DNA of 64,000 nt from a virus (taxonomy: Duplodnaviria; Caudoviricetes). Made by a program: the position numbers and the translations under genes. Positions 28,569-38,053 of the stretch are shown here, in pieces. Within the stretch, counting starts at the first letter, position 1, and every line of letters begins with the position of its first letter. Under the pieces are notes generated by a model. That model searched no databases, was not told the origin of the DNA, and worked only from the letters and a program-made list of their open reading frames with translations. The stretch spans positions 2,327-66,326 of IMG/VR virus record IMGVR_UViG_3300032321_001419; one strand, written 5' to 3'.

Positions 28569-29346
28569 ATTTATTAATAATTGTTCTAAATTCTTTAACG
28601 TTTTCAGTTATAAAATTCATATTTGGAAGCATATCCTGTTCAAAAAATATTTCCATTTTATCTTTAGGTTTTGTTAACATACCAAATTTATCGTATGCTT
28701 TTTTATTAGCACCAACTAAAATTGGATTTGATGTATCTACAGATTTAATAAAATCATAACCATCATAATACATAAATTCTTGTGGTAATGAAGCACCTAA
28801 TAAATGGAAATAAACATCATCTGTTACAATTTGTGAGAATAAATGTACAGTCTGAATTCGGCCCATCATCTTAGACACTAAATTATTTTTATGAGGATAT
28901 AAAGCGTTATATGCTATTGAGGAATGATTAAGAGCAAAATAACGATAACCTAAACCATAACTAAATTTATATAATCTTCTAATTTCTTCATATGATTCAC
29001 CTTGTAATACAACCATTAAATTAGTATTAATTGGTAATTGCTCTTTTAATTTAATCCATTCTTGAGCATGTTCATATGTTTTAGACCAATCATTCCATTC
29101 ATCAGGAATGATAAATACATTTGGAGTTAATAATTTAATTAAATCAAGTAATGCATCTGTAGTATATGTTTCACCTTCAAATAAACCATTATCTAAAATA
29201 GAGAATCTACCTTCTTCTTTACACTGAAGGTAAAATGCTTTATATTCTGGATAACGTAAATAAAAGTAGGGTAAAATATATTCATAATCATTTACTTTCT
29301 TGCTCCAAGATAATAAATCTAAAGGTACTTCGTGACTAACCTTCAT
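28567..29346 (-). CDS. Divergent TGT/DpdA-like TIM-barrel protein (candidate deazaguanine transglycosylase)
   Basis: ILDNGLFE, IIPD, VVLQG, FHLLG and SVDTSNP resemble the TGT/DpdA LDSG..., VxQG, HxLG and SxD motifs; lies between queD and queC. Probable start is MKVSH at 29346. Confidence 0.5.
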   Translation of the reverse strand: MKVSHEVPLDLLSWSKKVNDYEYILPYFYLRYPEYKAFYLQCKEEGRFSILDNGLFEGETYTTDALLDLIKLLTPNVFIIPDEWNDWSKTYEHAQEWIKLKEQLPINTNLMVVLQGESYEEIRRLYKFSYGLGYRYFALNHSSIAYNALYPHKNNLVSKMMGRIQTVHLFSQIVTDDVYFHLLGASLPQEFMYYDGYDFIKSVDTSNPILVGANKKAYDKFGMLTKPKDKMEIFFEQDMLPNMNFITENVKEFRTIINK

Positions 29347-29800
29347 AAATAGCGGTGTTTTTGGCATGTTCCATAAATTCTACTCTTACAATTTTAACTC
29401 TACCTTCTGTTTCTTCTTGAATAAATGTATTTAATTTTTCATAGATATATTTTGCAAATTGTTCTGCTCCAACAGCAGGAATAACTCTTAACTGAATAAT
29501 ACCTAAATTATCCATTGTTTTAAATCCACCCAAACCAGGATCATCTTCTGTTATAATTGTAGTATGATCAAACATATAATCCATCCATGCTTTAGGATTC
29601 ATACCATCAATAGTTCCTTTAGCACGTTTCATGCCTCCAAAATCCCAAACCCAATTGCGTTCGTCTAATTCTCCCTCGAACCATACTCTAAATGATACTC
29701 CGTATCCATGTAAAAATTTACAATGTGTGGATTCGGCTTTCCATTGACGAAATACACAGCTGAATCCGTCAAATAATTTTGTTGATTGAAACTTTCCCAT
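29336..29800 (-). CDS. queD: 6-carboxy-5,6,7,8-tetrahydropterin synthase
   Basis: CKFLHGY (CxxxHG), VWDFG, FDHTT, AEQFA, VEFMEH. Confidence 0.88.
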   Translation of the reverse strand: MGKFQSTKLFDGFSCVFRQWKAESTHCKFLHGYGVSFRVWFEGELDERNWVWDFGGMKRAKGTIDGMNPKAWMDYMFDHTTIITEDDPGLGGFKTMDNLGIIQLRVIPAVGAEQFAKYIYEKLNTFIQEETEGRVKIVRVEFMEHAKNTAIYEG

Positions 29801-29801
29801 A

Positions 29802-30008
29802 TTATTTATTATTATTTATTGTTGATGTACGTGCAAATAAAATTGATGCTAATAGGTTTAAACCTACTGCTTGCCAAAATGAAATTTCTGATAAACCAAA
29901 TATAACTGGCATTAACCAATTCCATAATAACATTAATGGTAATCCTAGTAATAAACATACTAAAGAAATTATAGCCATTATTTTTAATATTCCTTCTAAA
30001 ATTACCAT
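29802..30008 (-). CDS. Small integral membrane protein
   Basis: Two hydrophobic segments with LWNWLMP..FGL..ISFWQA.GL. Confidence 0.55.
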   Translation of the reverse strand: MVILEGILKIMAIISLVCLLLGLPLMLLWNWLMPVIFGLSEISFWQAVGLNLLASILFARTSTINNNK

Positions 30009-30009
30009 A

Positions 30010-30177
30010 TTATTCTTCTGTTAGTGTTTTTAAAATTGTTTCTAGTTTTTCTTCGATTGAAGATAATAAAGAATCTACGCTTCCCAAAACTTGTTCTTGA
30101 TTTTCTTCAGTAATGGGAGTTGATTCTAATTGTTTAGCTTGTTGCTCTAATTCGTCTAGTGGATCGATGTTGCTCAT
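30010..30177 (-). CDS. Small acidic hypothetical protein, 55 aa; not in the track
   Basis: MSNIDPLDELEQQAKQLE...KTLTEE*; ATGA overlap with the upstream stop. Confidence 0.55.
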   Translation of the reverse strand: MSNIDPLDELEQQAKQLESTPITEENQEQVLGSVDSLLSSIEEKLETILKTLTEE

Positions 30178-30641
30178 ATTTGATTGTATCTATTAGTTCC
30201 TATAAATTTATATAATGTGTTTTCTTTAATTAATTCATATAATTCGACTAATCCATCGTCACACATATTCATATAACGATCAAATTCTTCCTCTGATATC
30301 CAAAACCATTTGCAGAATTCCTCTTTAATTCCCTGAAGTAGGTAAAATTCATCCTTCATAAAATCTTCCATCAGGCGATTATAACGTCTACGTCCCATTA
30401 CTAATGCTTCTTCACGTTCAGTATATGCATAAGTAGGATATGTATTAGCCTTTTTTTCAGCTAACTCTAATTCATGTAATGCTTGTACACGATAATCAGA
30501 ATAATCAAAATCACCGTTTTTAATGCGCTCAATTAACGGGAAATTTTTATGTAGTGTGTTACGAGCTTTAAAACGTCTCCACCAATAAAATTGATTATAT
30601 TTTGTGGGGATAAATTTAGGAATATCTTTCTCTATGTTCAT
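30174..30641 (-). CDS. Hypothetical protein, 155 aa
   Basis: ORF on the coding strand with GTTATG start context. Confidence 0.55.
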   Translation of the reverse strand: MNIEKDIPKFIPTKYNQFYWWRRFKARNTLHKNFPLIERIKNGDFDYSDYRVQALHELELAEKKANTYPTYAYTEREEALVMGRRRYNRLMEDFMKDEFYLLQGIKEEFCKWFWISEEEFDRYMNMCDDGLVELYELIKENTLYKFIGTNRYNQI

Positions 30642-30643
30642 AA

Positions 30644-31300
30644 CTATTGGAATATAATTTTTAAACTATCAATTATGTGTGTTCTTTCAGGATAAGTTAA
30701 TGAATAGTTCCCGCATTCCCAACTAATTTTTGCATATACTTTTACAGTATCTCCAATCATTGTTACTGGTATAGGACCAATAATTCTTTTACTCCACATA
30801 TTATTAGAGCTAGGTTGATATTCATCCATTCTAGCATCGTAATCTTTAAGATATATTCCTGTTGGAGGAACTAGAGGTACTATTTGTCCATTAAATTGAG
30901 ATAATGTTATTGTTTTAGTTCCTACTGAAATAGGTGTATTAAAATATGGTGAAGTATATAAACTACTAAATGGATTATACAGTGGTAAAGTTACTACTAA
31001 ATTTTCACCTATAATCCAATAAGAATCACTATCAAATCTAGCTTCTACAACAGATATTCCATTATAGATATATCTTTCATTTGTAATTTTACTTGCTTCA
31101 ACAAATATATTGTTGTAACTGTATGGATCATTTGGATTTAAAGTAACATGATAATATCCATTATTGTCTTTTGGATATTTCATAGCTAATTTAACTACTC
31201 CTCTATCAGTACCAGTAAAGGGAGATGGGTACTTTATCTCTTCTTTCTTACATCCAAATAATGTAAGAATCCCTAATAATATTACATAACCTTTTTTCAT
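30644..31300 (-). CDS. Predicted lipoprotein
   Basis: MKK + hydrophobic stretch + lipobox LFG-C, followed by KKEE. Confidence 0.65.
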   Translation of the reverse strand: MKKGYVILLGILTLFGCKKEEIKYPSPFTGTDRGVVKLAMKYPKDNNGYYHVTLNPNDPYSYNNIFVEASKITNERYIYNGISVVEARFDSDSYWIIGENLVVTLPLYNPFSSLYTSPYFNTPISVGTKTITLSQFNGQIVPLVPPTGIYLKDYDARMDEYQPSSNNMWSKRIIGPIPVTMIGDTVKVYAKISWECGNYSLTYPERTHIIDSLKIIFQ

Positions 31301-31318
31301 ATTAGAAATATATGAAAA

Positions 31319-31486
31319 TTATTTTGACAACACAGTATTATCTTTTTGGTGTTTAGGAGTATAGGGACAATGTTTACATCCACTACCACAACATTGACCT
31401 CTATTCTTTAAATAGAGTTCAGTAAACACTATTTTCCCGTTATCGAGATAATAGTGTCTACCTTGTTCAAACTCTACTTTTTCCAT
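31319..31486 (-). CDS. DUF5522-like Cys-rich small protein, 55 aa; not in the track
   Basis: MEKVEFEQGRHYYLDNGKIVFTELYLKNRGQCCGSGCKHCPY... Confidence 0.7.
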   Translation of the reverse strand: MEKVEFEQGRHYYLDNGKIVFTELYLKNRGQCCGSGCKHCPYTPKHQKDNTVLSK

Positions 31487-31487
31487 A

Positions 31488-33338
31488 TTATACTACTTCA
31501 CAAGCTCCACCTGCACAGGCTGCTTGATCTTGTAAATTGGTTTCATCACTAAATTCAACAATTTTTGTTAAATCAATGTTATGAACATGATCAACTAATT
31601 CATTAAACTTTTCTTCTGTAATATCTTCAAATGGTGCTTGGGTATATGAACCTCCAAAGTAAGGTAATACTGATAATCCATTAAATGTATTTCTATTTTC
31701 CCACATCCATTGTCCTACTTTTTCCCATTCACCTTCTTGAATAGATACTGTAGCAGATACGTTATTAGTATTTGCACCTTTACGATGTCCTTTTTTAACC
31801 CATTTAGTATTAAATAATTTAACACGTTCTAACATATCCATTACATCTTCAGTTCTTAAAATAGAACCTTCTGGGGCTCTTTGAGGTACTGAAATTACAG
31901 CTTGGATTGTTGGTTTAAAGAAATCATCCTCTACTAATTCAGGATGGTAGATTGATAGATAAGTATAAATTGCTTCGTTTTTACCTACACGGATACGACG
32001 GATATAGTAGTCATTGTGCCAAGCGTGAATACCTGATGAAGTACCTAATACTAATGATGAAGTACCTGATGGTTTTACTGTAGTTACACGAGCAGCTTTA
32101 TTAATATCTAATAATTCAGCAACACGAGCATTTTCTTCTTTAGCTACATCAGCAGATTCTTTTAAGTTGTATTGTAATACAGCTCCTGAACCAATACCAG
32201 TCATACCTACACCTAATAATGCATCTTTTTCAGTTGTTTTTTTCCAAATATCTCTTAAATAATGGAAATCAGTATATGATGCTTGTAAAGTACCAATAAA
32301 TGATGCTGCTTTAACACGCTCATTTAAATCTTCTTGCGATTCAACATTTGAAACGTTTACTTCACATAAGTTACAGAATTGATATGGTTTTAAAGCAATT
32401 TCACAGCATGGATTTGTACCCCAATCTTTATCATTTGAGAAGTAGATACCTGGTTCACCAGATCCACTCAATTCAATTTTTTTCCATAAATTAAAGAATT
32501 CATCTTCAGTAATAGCGTGACGCATTACAACAGCTGAGTTATTAGCTCTACCACGTTGTGGATGTTCTTCCCACCAATTACCAAATTTACAAGTTAACAT
32601 TAATTCATCATCTAAATCGAATAAAGAAATTAATGCTGCTCTACGAATACCACCTGATAATACTGCATCAGCAATATAACAAATAATATCGTGTACTTCT
32701 AATGAAGTTAATTTATCTCCATTTTCTTTACGATCAAGAATTTTTTGAATTTGGAATAAACATTCTTTTAATGGTTCAGGACCTGGTGCTTTACCACCTA
32801 CAGTGATTAATTGAGCACCTTTAGCTCTAATGTCTCTAAAATCAAAGTTAGGAATTGGAGCTCCTGTAAAATATGATTTTGTTAAAGCACGAACAGCATC
32901 AGCCCATCCTTCAATACTATCACCTACTAGGAAACGTTTAGTTTTAGTTGGACGTTTAATTTCAGGTAATTGATCAATATGATGAGTTTGAACACTATAA
33001 CCTACTCCACAGCCTGATAATAACAAGAACATTACTTCTGAGAATGATCTATAATCATCAATTGGTAAAAATGAACAGTTGAATATACGTGAATTATTTA
33101 ATGCAATAGGTTTACCAGCAAATTGTAAAGAACGCATCGATGGTAATACCTTCTTATCGTAAACTAGTTTATATACTTTTTCAATTTCTTCTTTTAATGC
33201 AGGATATTTTTCCTGATGCATTTCTTTGTTACGAGTTACTAGTTCTTCCCATGTTTCGCGTCTTTGTTTACTAGGAACATATTTACTATATTTCATATAG
33301 CAAGTAATGTCACTAAGAATCTCTTGTGTGATATCCAT
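31488..33338 (-). CDS. nrdJ: Class II (adenosylcobalamin-dependent) ribonucleotide reductase, monomeric type
   Basis: RETWEE, FNCSF, GCGVG, GGKAPGPEPL, GGIRRAA, TNPCCEI (radical Cys), CNL, TVKPSGT, C-terminal CAGGAC; no beta-subunit gene adjacent. Confidence 0.8.
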   Translation of the reverse strand: MDITQEILSDITCYMKYSKYVPSKQRRETWEELVTRNKEMHQEKYPALKEEIEKVYKLVYDKKVLPSMRSLQFAGKPIALNNSRIFNCSFLPIDDYRSFSEVMFLLLSGCGVGYSVQTHHIDQLPEIKRPTKTKRFLVGDSIEGWADAVRALTKSYFTGAPIPNFDFRDIRAKGAQLITVGGKAPGPEPLKECLFQIQKILDRKENGDKLTSLEVHDIICYIADAVLSGGIRRAALISLFDLDDELMLTCKFGNWWEEHPQRGRANNSAVVMRHAITEDEFFNLWKKIELSGSGEPGIYFSNDKDWGTNPCCEIALKPYQFCNLCEVNVSNVESQEDLNERVKAASFIGTLQASYTDFHYLRDIWKKTTEKDALLGVGMTGIGSGAVLQYNLKESADVAKEENARVAELLDINKAARVTTVKPSGTSSLVLGTSSGIHAWHNDYYIRRIRVGKNEAIYTYLSIYHPELVEDDFFKPTIQAVISVPQRAPEGSILRTEDVMDMLERVKLFNTKWVKKGHRKGANTNNVSATVSIQEGEWEKVGQWMWENRNTFNGLSVLPYFGGSYTQAPFEDITEEKFNELVDHVHNIDLTKIVEFSDETNLQDQAACAGGACEVV

Positions 33339-33360
33339 CTTGTTTATTTATTAATTAAGT

Positions 33361-33621
33361 TTATTTATATTGATTTATTAAATTTATTATTTCGCCTTTT
33401 GGTTTAATACCAGAAAAACGATTCACAACTACTCCGTCTTTTTCGATTATAACCGTTGGCACACTAGATACAGAATACTGGAAAGCAAGATCTTTACTTG
33501 AATCCACATCTACATCAGTGAATGAAACTCCATTTATTTCTGATCTAACTTGATCGAATATTGGAGCTAACATTTTGCATGGACCACACCATGATGCTGA
33601 AAATTTTATTACTCTTGTCAT
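33361..33621 (-). CDS. trxA: Thioredoxin
   Basis: FSASWCGPCKML, SVPT. Confidence 0.93.
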   Translation of the reverse strand: MTRVIKFSASWCGPCKMLAPIFDQVRSEINGVSFTDVDVDSSKDLAFQYSVSSVPTVIIEKDGVVVNRFSGIKPKGEIINLINQYK

Positions 33622-33661
33622 AAATTTTATTTGTTGGGTCCATAAATATTATGGATGATTT

Positions 33662-35032
33662 TTATCTTTGATTTAGTTCAAAAAACTTTTTCTTTAGAAT
33701 ATCTCTATCGTCTGTATCAAAATTAGAGAATCCTACTTTAGGTGCTTCGCCTTCTTCATCATCATCTTCTGTTGGAGAATTTTCAATTATTATTTTTCCG
33801 TTTGCTGTATCAATAGTGGAATTAAAGGTTAAACCATCTGCGCCATATCTGTTTTTCATAATGTGCCATTTTCCTGTTCCTCTTACTTTATCTTTTTTTC
33901 TACGTGCTACTGAAATAATAATATCACCAATCATGATTTTATCATATGATCCAGCTGCATTATCACCTTCAATAATGCTAGATTTTGATGCTGTTCTATT
34001 AGCTTGTGAAGGTGATATAATTGGTTTGTTTAAAACCTTAGCTAAACCTTTAGCATCAGTATAAACGTCATCAATTTCATCTTTACGTTCTTTTCTTAAT
34101 TTACCTTTTAATAAATCTAAGTAGTCAATAATGATTAAATCCGGTTTGAATTCGTTTTGATTTTCTAGTTGTTGAATGTGTGCTTCAATTGTTTCTAAAG
34201 ATACTCGTTTTGGAGGATATTCTTTAATTACAATTTTACCTTTTACTTGTTTGATTATTTCTTCAACAGCAGCTCTATTTTCATTTAATTGATCAACTGG
34301 TATTCCTGAGAATACAGCATCATATCTTTTACCAACATAACCTTCACCTAATTCTAATGAATAGTGTAACACATTATATCCTAATGCTGCAGCAAAAGCA
34401 CCCATAGCAATTACAGCCCATGATTTACCTCCACCAGGATTACCAAACATTAAAACTAAATCTCCACCACCAACTCCACCTTGAGTTAATTCATTAAACG
34501 TAGGCCAAGGAAATGGAATAGCATGTCTATCATCATCTCTATATCGGGTTTCAATATCTAAATCATATTCGTGACCAATATTCTTATCCTCACCTGCTTT
34601 CATTGCATTATTAATCAAACGTCTAATACCATCAAAATCTCCTATGTTAAGTAGATCAACTGATGTCATTAGTGCTTTTTTCATTTGCTGATTTCCACAA
34701 AATGAGGTAAATTCTGCTTCAACATATTCTAAATCTTTAGAATCAGCTGCTTTATAAGCTTCACGTAACGCTTCAGTTAAAGCAATACGCAATACTTCAT
34801 TATCTATCTTTTTTACTTCAATAGATAATGTATCAATTGATGGAATTGTATGATATTCGCTGAAATATTTGATTATAAAATCAACTATCCATTGATGTGA
34901 TGTGTTCCCAAAATATTCGCTTTCTAAGGAGTCAAAAATATTTAATAGGAATTGTCTTTGCGTTAGCAAAGCTCCTATTACTTTAATTTGGAAGGAGGTT
35001 CCGTACTTCTCTAAGCTGTTTAATGTAGTCAT
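33662..35032 (-). CDS. DnaB/gp41-like replicative helicase
   Basis: GNPGGGKSW Walker A, YSLEL, IIDYLD, SQANR, KNRYG. Confidence 0.9.
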   Translation of the reverse strand: MTTLNSLEKYGTSFQIKVIGALLTQRQFLLNIFDSLESEYFGNTSHQWIVDFIIKYFSEYHTIPSIDTLSIEVKKIDNEVLRIALTEALREAYKAADSKDLEYVEAEFTSFCGNQQMKKALMTSVDLLNIGDFDGIRRLINNAMKAGEDKNIGHEYDLDIETRYRDDDRHAIPFPWPTFNELTQGGVGGGDLVLMFGNPGGGKSWAVIAMGAFAAALGYNVLHYSLELGEGYVGKRYDAVFSGIPVDQLNENRAAVEEIIKQVKGKIVIKEYPPKRVSLETIEAHIQQLENQNEFKPDLIIIDYLDLLKGKLRKERKDEIDDVYTDAKGLAKVLNKPIISPSQANRTASKSSIIEGDNAAGSYDKIMIGDIIISVARRKKDKVRGTGKWHIMKNRYGADGLTFNSTIDTANGKIIIENSPTEDDDEEGEAPKVGFSNFDTDDRDILKKKFFELNQR

Positions 35033-35050
35033 AACTTTTATTTATTTTTA

Positions 35051-35080
35051 AATATACTAAAACGTACTCAGATAACCAAA
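35051..35080 (-). promoter_or_regulatory. Bacteroidota-type promoter upstream of the helicase
   Basis: Minus strand TTTG-N20-TATATT. Confidence 0.5.
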
Positions 35081-36073
35081 TACTTCTGAAAGCCAAGTCT
35101 CAACGTTAGGGATGCCGTTGCCTAGATTATCTTTATAGTATAAATGTAAAAACCCCGGTTTGTTGTATTCGCGTTTAAATGCAACTGCTTCTTCAATAAT
35201 TTCAATGTTCTCATTTGAAAGAGGAACATCTCTTAAATTCATTAATCTATAATTAATTCGGAGTTGATGAGAGAAATTTAATAATTGTGATCCCCATTTA
35301 TCGTATGGATCTAATGATTCCAATAGTGGTTCTAATTGTAAAGGTGCAGGACCTTTTAATTGTGGTAAGATTTTTAATAACTTATCTTCACCTAATCCCT
35401 TTACTTTAGGAACATTATCACCTTTATCACCCATAAATGTTTTATATAATAAGTAGTTTCTAGGATGAATGCCATATTCTTCTGTAAAACTATCTATATC
35501 ATATATTTTCTTTTTAGTTGGTGAATGAATATTAACCTTATTACTTACTAATTGTAAGAAATCCTGATCAGCAGACATTATGGTTACTCTTTTACAATCT
35601 TCAACACTTTCGTATTTTTGAGCTAAGTATCCCATAACATCATCTGCTTCAATACCATCTATTGATATTAAACTAACTGGGAGTGATTGAAGATATTGAA
35701 TTAATCTTTCCATTTGGTCAGATATTGATTCACTTTCTTCTTCCTTATTGTTAAATATTTTATAGTTAGTAATGCGATCTGCATTACGATTTGCTTTATA
35801 AGCTGGATATAAATTACGTTTAGCATTTGAACCACCTACACCATCAAATACAATAATTACCTTTGTAGGTGAGTTCATTTTAATAGCATATCCTAGTGAC
35901 TTTAAAAATCCAGTCAGACCACCAATGTGGTGGCCTGAAGGATGGATGTGGTTTATAATTGAAAAGTTACGTAGGAATGTATTTAAACCGTCTATAATTA
36001 ATACTGAAGTATTTTCGGTTTCAGGTTCATTAGTAATACCTGCTAATAATGATGCAAATCTATTCTTCGCCAT
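35057..36073 (-). CDS. 5'-3' exonuclease / flap endonuclease (T4 RNase H, PolI N-terminal domain-like)
   Basis: IDGLN, VFDG, YKANR, IEADDV, SADQDFLQL, GDKGDNVPKVKGLGE. Confidence 0.92.
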   Translation of the reverse strand: MAKNRFASLLAGITNEPETENTSVLIIDGLNTFLRNFSIINHIHPSGHHIGGLTGFLKSLGYAIKMNSPTKVIIVFDGVGGSNAKRNLYPAYKANRNADRITNYKIFNNKEEESESISDQMERLIQYLQSLPVSLISIDGIEADDVMGYLAQKYESVEDCKRVTIMSADQDFLQLVSNKVNIHSPTKKKIYDIDSFTEEYGIHPRNYLLYKTFMGDKGDNVPKVKGLGEDKLLKILPQLKGPAPLQLEPLLESLDPYDKWGSQLLNFSHQLRINYRLMNLRDVPLSNENIEIIEEAVAFKREYNKPGFLHLYYKDNLGNGIPNVETWLSEVFGYLSTF

Positions 36074-37151
36074 CTGTAGTATCAGTTATAGCGTTATTGC
36101 TTTCATTCCATTCTGATTTATCTTCAATTAGATCAAAATCAAGAGTACCTAGAATTTTTAACCATTCATCAGCATGTTCTTTCTTGTAATTGTCAATTGC
36201 TCTTTTATCATCATCAATGAAACCATGAACTGTCATTGTTACTGTACCTTTAGTTTGTACACCAGTAACGTGGTTTTTATCAACTGATATTTTTGTGCGT
36301 TTAGCAAATTCAACGTCTTTGCCATCTTTAGTTGCTTTTAATTTGTTAGTACCACTATTTGTGATATTACCAAATGTTACTACTAATGATGAATCAAAAA
36401 ACATTGTATCTCCACCTTTATTCTTCATTTTTGGTTGTTCCATTGGTGAATTTGGTTTTGCAACCCACACCTTATTAACAGCTACTAATGAATTAGTATA
36501 AGGAATATTTTCTTTACGAGATAAAATTAATTTTTGATTAATAAAGTTTCCAAATTGTTGAGACATTGCACCTGCATTCCACTCGTTGTTGTTTGTTGAT
36601 TTTTCAACAGACATTCTACATGGAATGGATCCAACTGAATCCCAGAAGAAACATAAATCATAAGGTAATTTACCTGTAGCTTGTTCATTTAATAAGTCAG
36701 CAATGAATGCAGCTACATCTTCAATTGTGTTTAGTGAACCTCTATCTATATAAAGGAAAAATCCATTATAATCAATAACTTCACCTGTTTCAGGATCAGC
36801 TACTTCATTAATTTCAAATCCCATTTGTTTAGCGTGATCCCAATTCCATTTCATCTCAGTGATAATGAAAACTGGTAAAATACCCATTTTCTGAGCATTT
36901 ACAGCGGCTTCCAACATTGCTGTTGTTTTACCTGTATCTGAATGGCCTCGCAATAATGTAATGTGTCCTAAAGGAATACCAGGTAATGAAATAACATCCT
37001 GGAATGCTTTAGATAATGGAATCCACCTTTGTGGTTTAAACTTAACTGATTTATCTAAGAATTTGGATTTCTTAAATGTATCTAAATCAAAGGTTTTGCC
37101 CAATGATCTAGATACTACTTCAGTTAAGCTATTTTTTTCTTTCTTAGCCAT
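36060..37151 (-). CDS. RecA/UvsX recombinase
   Basis: GIPLGHITLLRGHSDTGKTT, FFWDSVG, VNKVW, GG..MFF.SS. Confidence 0.85.
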   Translation of the reverse strand: MAKKEKNSLTEVVSRSLGKTFDLDTFKKSKFLDKSVKFKPQRWIPLSKAFQDVISLPGIPLGHITLLRGHSDTGKTTAMLEAAVNAQKMGILPVFIITEMKWNWDHAKQMGFEINEVADPETGEVIDYNGFFLYIDRGSLNTIEDVAAFIADLLNEQATGKLPYDLCFFWDSVGSIPCRMSVEKSTNNNEWNAGAMSQQFGNFINQKLILSRKENIPYTNSLVAVNKVWVAKPNSPMEQPKMKNKGGDTMFFDSSLVVTFGNITNSGTNKLKATKDGKDVEFAKRTKISVDKNHVTGVQTKGTVTMTVHGFIDDDKRAIDNYKKEHADEWLKILGTLDFDLIEDKSEWNESNNAITDTTDGEE

Positions 37152-37164
37152 AACTTGTTTTTAG

Positions 37165-37989
37165 TTAAAATAATTCGTCGAATTTGTCTGTATTAGTTGC
37201 TTTAGGAGCGACATTCTCTAAAGTGTATGGTTTTGCTTCTGGTTTTTCCCAAGGCAAATCCGAAGGTTCAGCTGAATCAGCTACTGTATTAGAAGCTAAA
37301 GAAACATTATCCTCGATATCATCTTCAGGATTTAAGAATTTCTCTAAGATGGTTTTTAAATCATCAAAAGCATATCTTCTGTTGATTGTTAAGATATCAG
37401 GTTGTTCGTCTAATAACGTTTGTAATAAAGTAGCATTATCAGTGATTGGTGATGTTTTTGGTTTTGGACGTAAAGCACATTTTATTACGCTACGACCTGC
37501 AACTTCACCATTAGTTGCTTCAACTGTAAAGTCACGACCGTCTTGAATATCAGTGAAATCACCGTAATCCTCATCGGCTGCAATACCTAATAATTGTTGA
37601 TAAATTTCTTTACCAAATTCCCATAAACGTGTACCTTGTTCTTCTTCACCACGTACAATTACTGGTGCGAACACACGCATTTTAGCATCTAATTTTCTTG
37701 CTAATTGCCAATCTTCTTTATCAGATGATTTGCGTAATGATTTAGCAAATTCTACAATTGGATCTTTTTCACCCCAATTAGTTAATGCTAAGATTGGTCC
37801 TTTAGTAAAACCATAATGGAAATAAACTTCCTTAAATGGGTTTTGTTTGTCGAATTTAGAAGGAACAATACGTACTTGATAAGTACCTACTTTCGGTTTC
37901 CAAAAAATTTTAGTGTAATCCACTTTTTCTCTCGGTTGAGAGCTTTGCTGCAATCCTGCAAGCTTGTTTTTGATTAATGATAAATCCAT
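37165..37989 (-). CDS. Single-stranded DNA-binding protein (T4 gp32-like)
   Basis: FWKPKVG, VRIVP, aromatic-rich core, GKEIYQ, TDIQDGRDF, acidic tail ending DKFDELF. Confidence 0.8.
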   Translation of the reverse strand: MDLSLIKNKLAGLQQSSQPREKVDYTKIFWKPKVGTYQVRIVPSKFDKQNPFKEVYFHYGFTKGPILALTNWGEKDPIVEFAKSLRKSSDKEDWQLARKLDAKMRVFAPVIVRGEEEQGTRLWEFGKEIYQQLLGIAADEDYGDFTDIQDGRDFTVEATNGEVAGRSVIKCALRPKPKTSPITDNATLLQTLLDEQPDILTINRRYAFDDLKTILEKFLNPEDDIEDNVSLASNTVADSAEPSDLPWEKPEAKPYTLENVAPKATNTDKFDELF

Positions 37990-38053
37990 AATGTAACTTT
38001 TTAATTTTAATTTTATAACCTATTGAATATAATAACCTTTATTGTGACAATCA

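Noticed and set aside
28516-28569. Stop-codon readthrough of the TGT-like gene stimulated by the pseudoknot, giving a fusion to QueC
   Set aside because: The readthrough frame hits UAA after 14 codons and is out of frame with queC.
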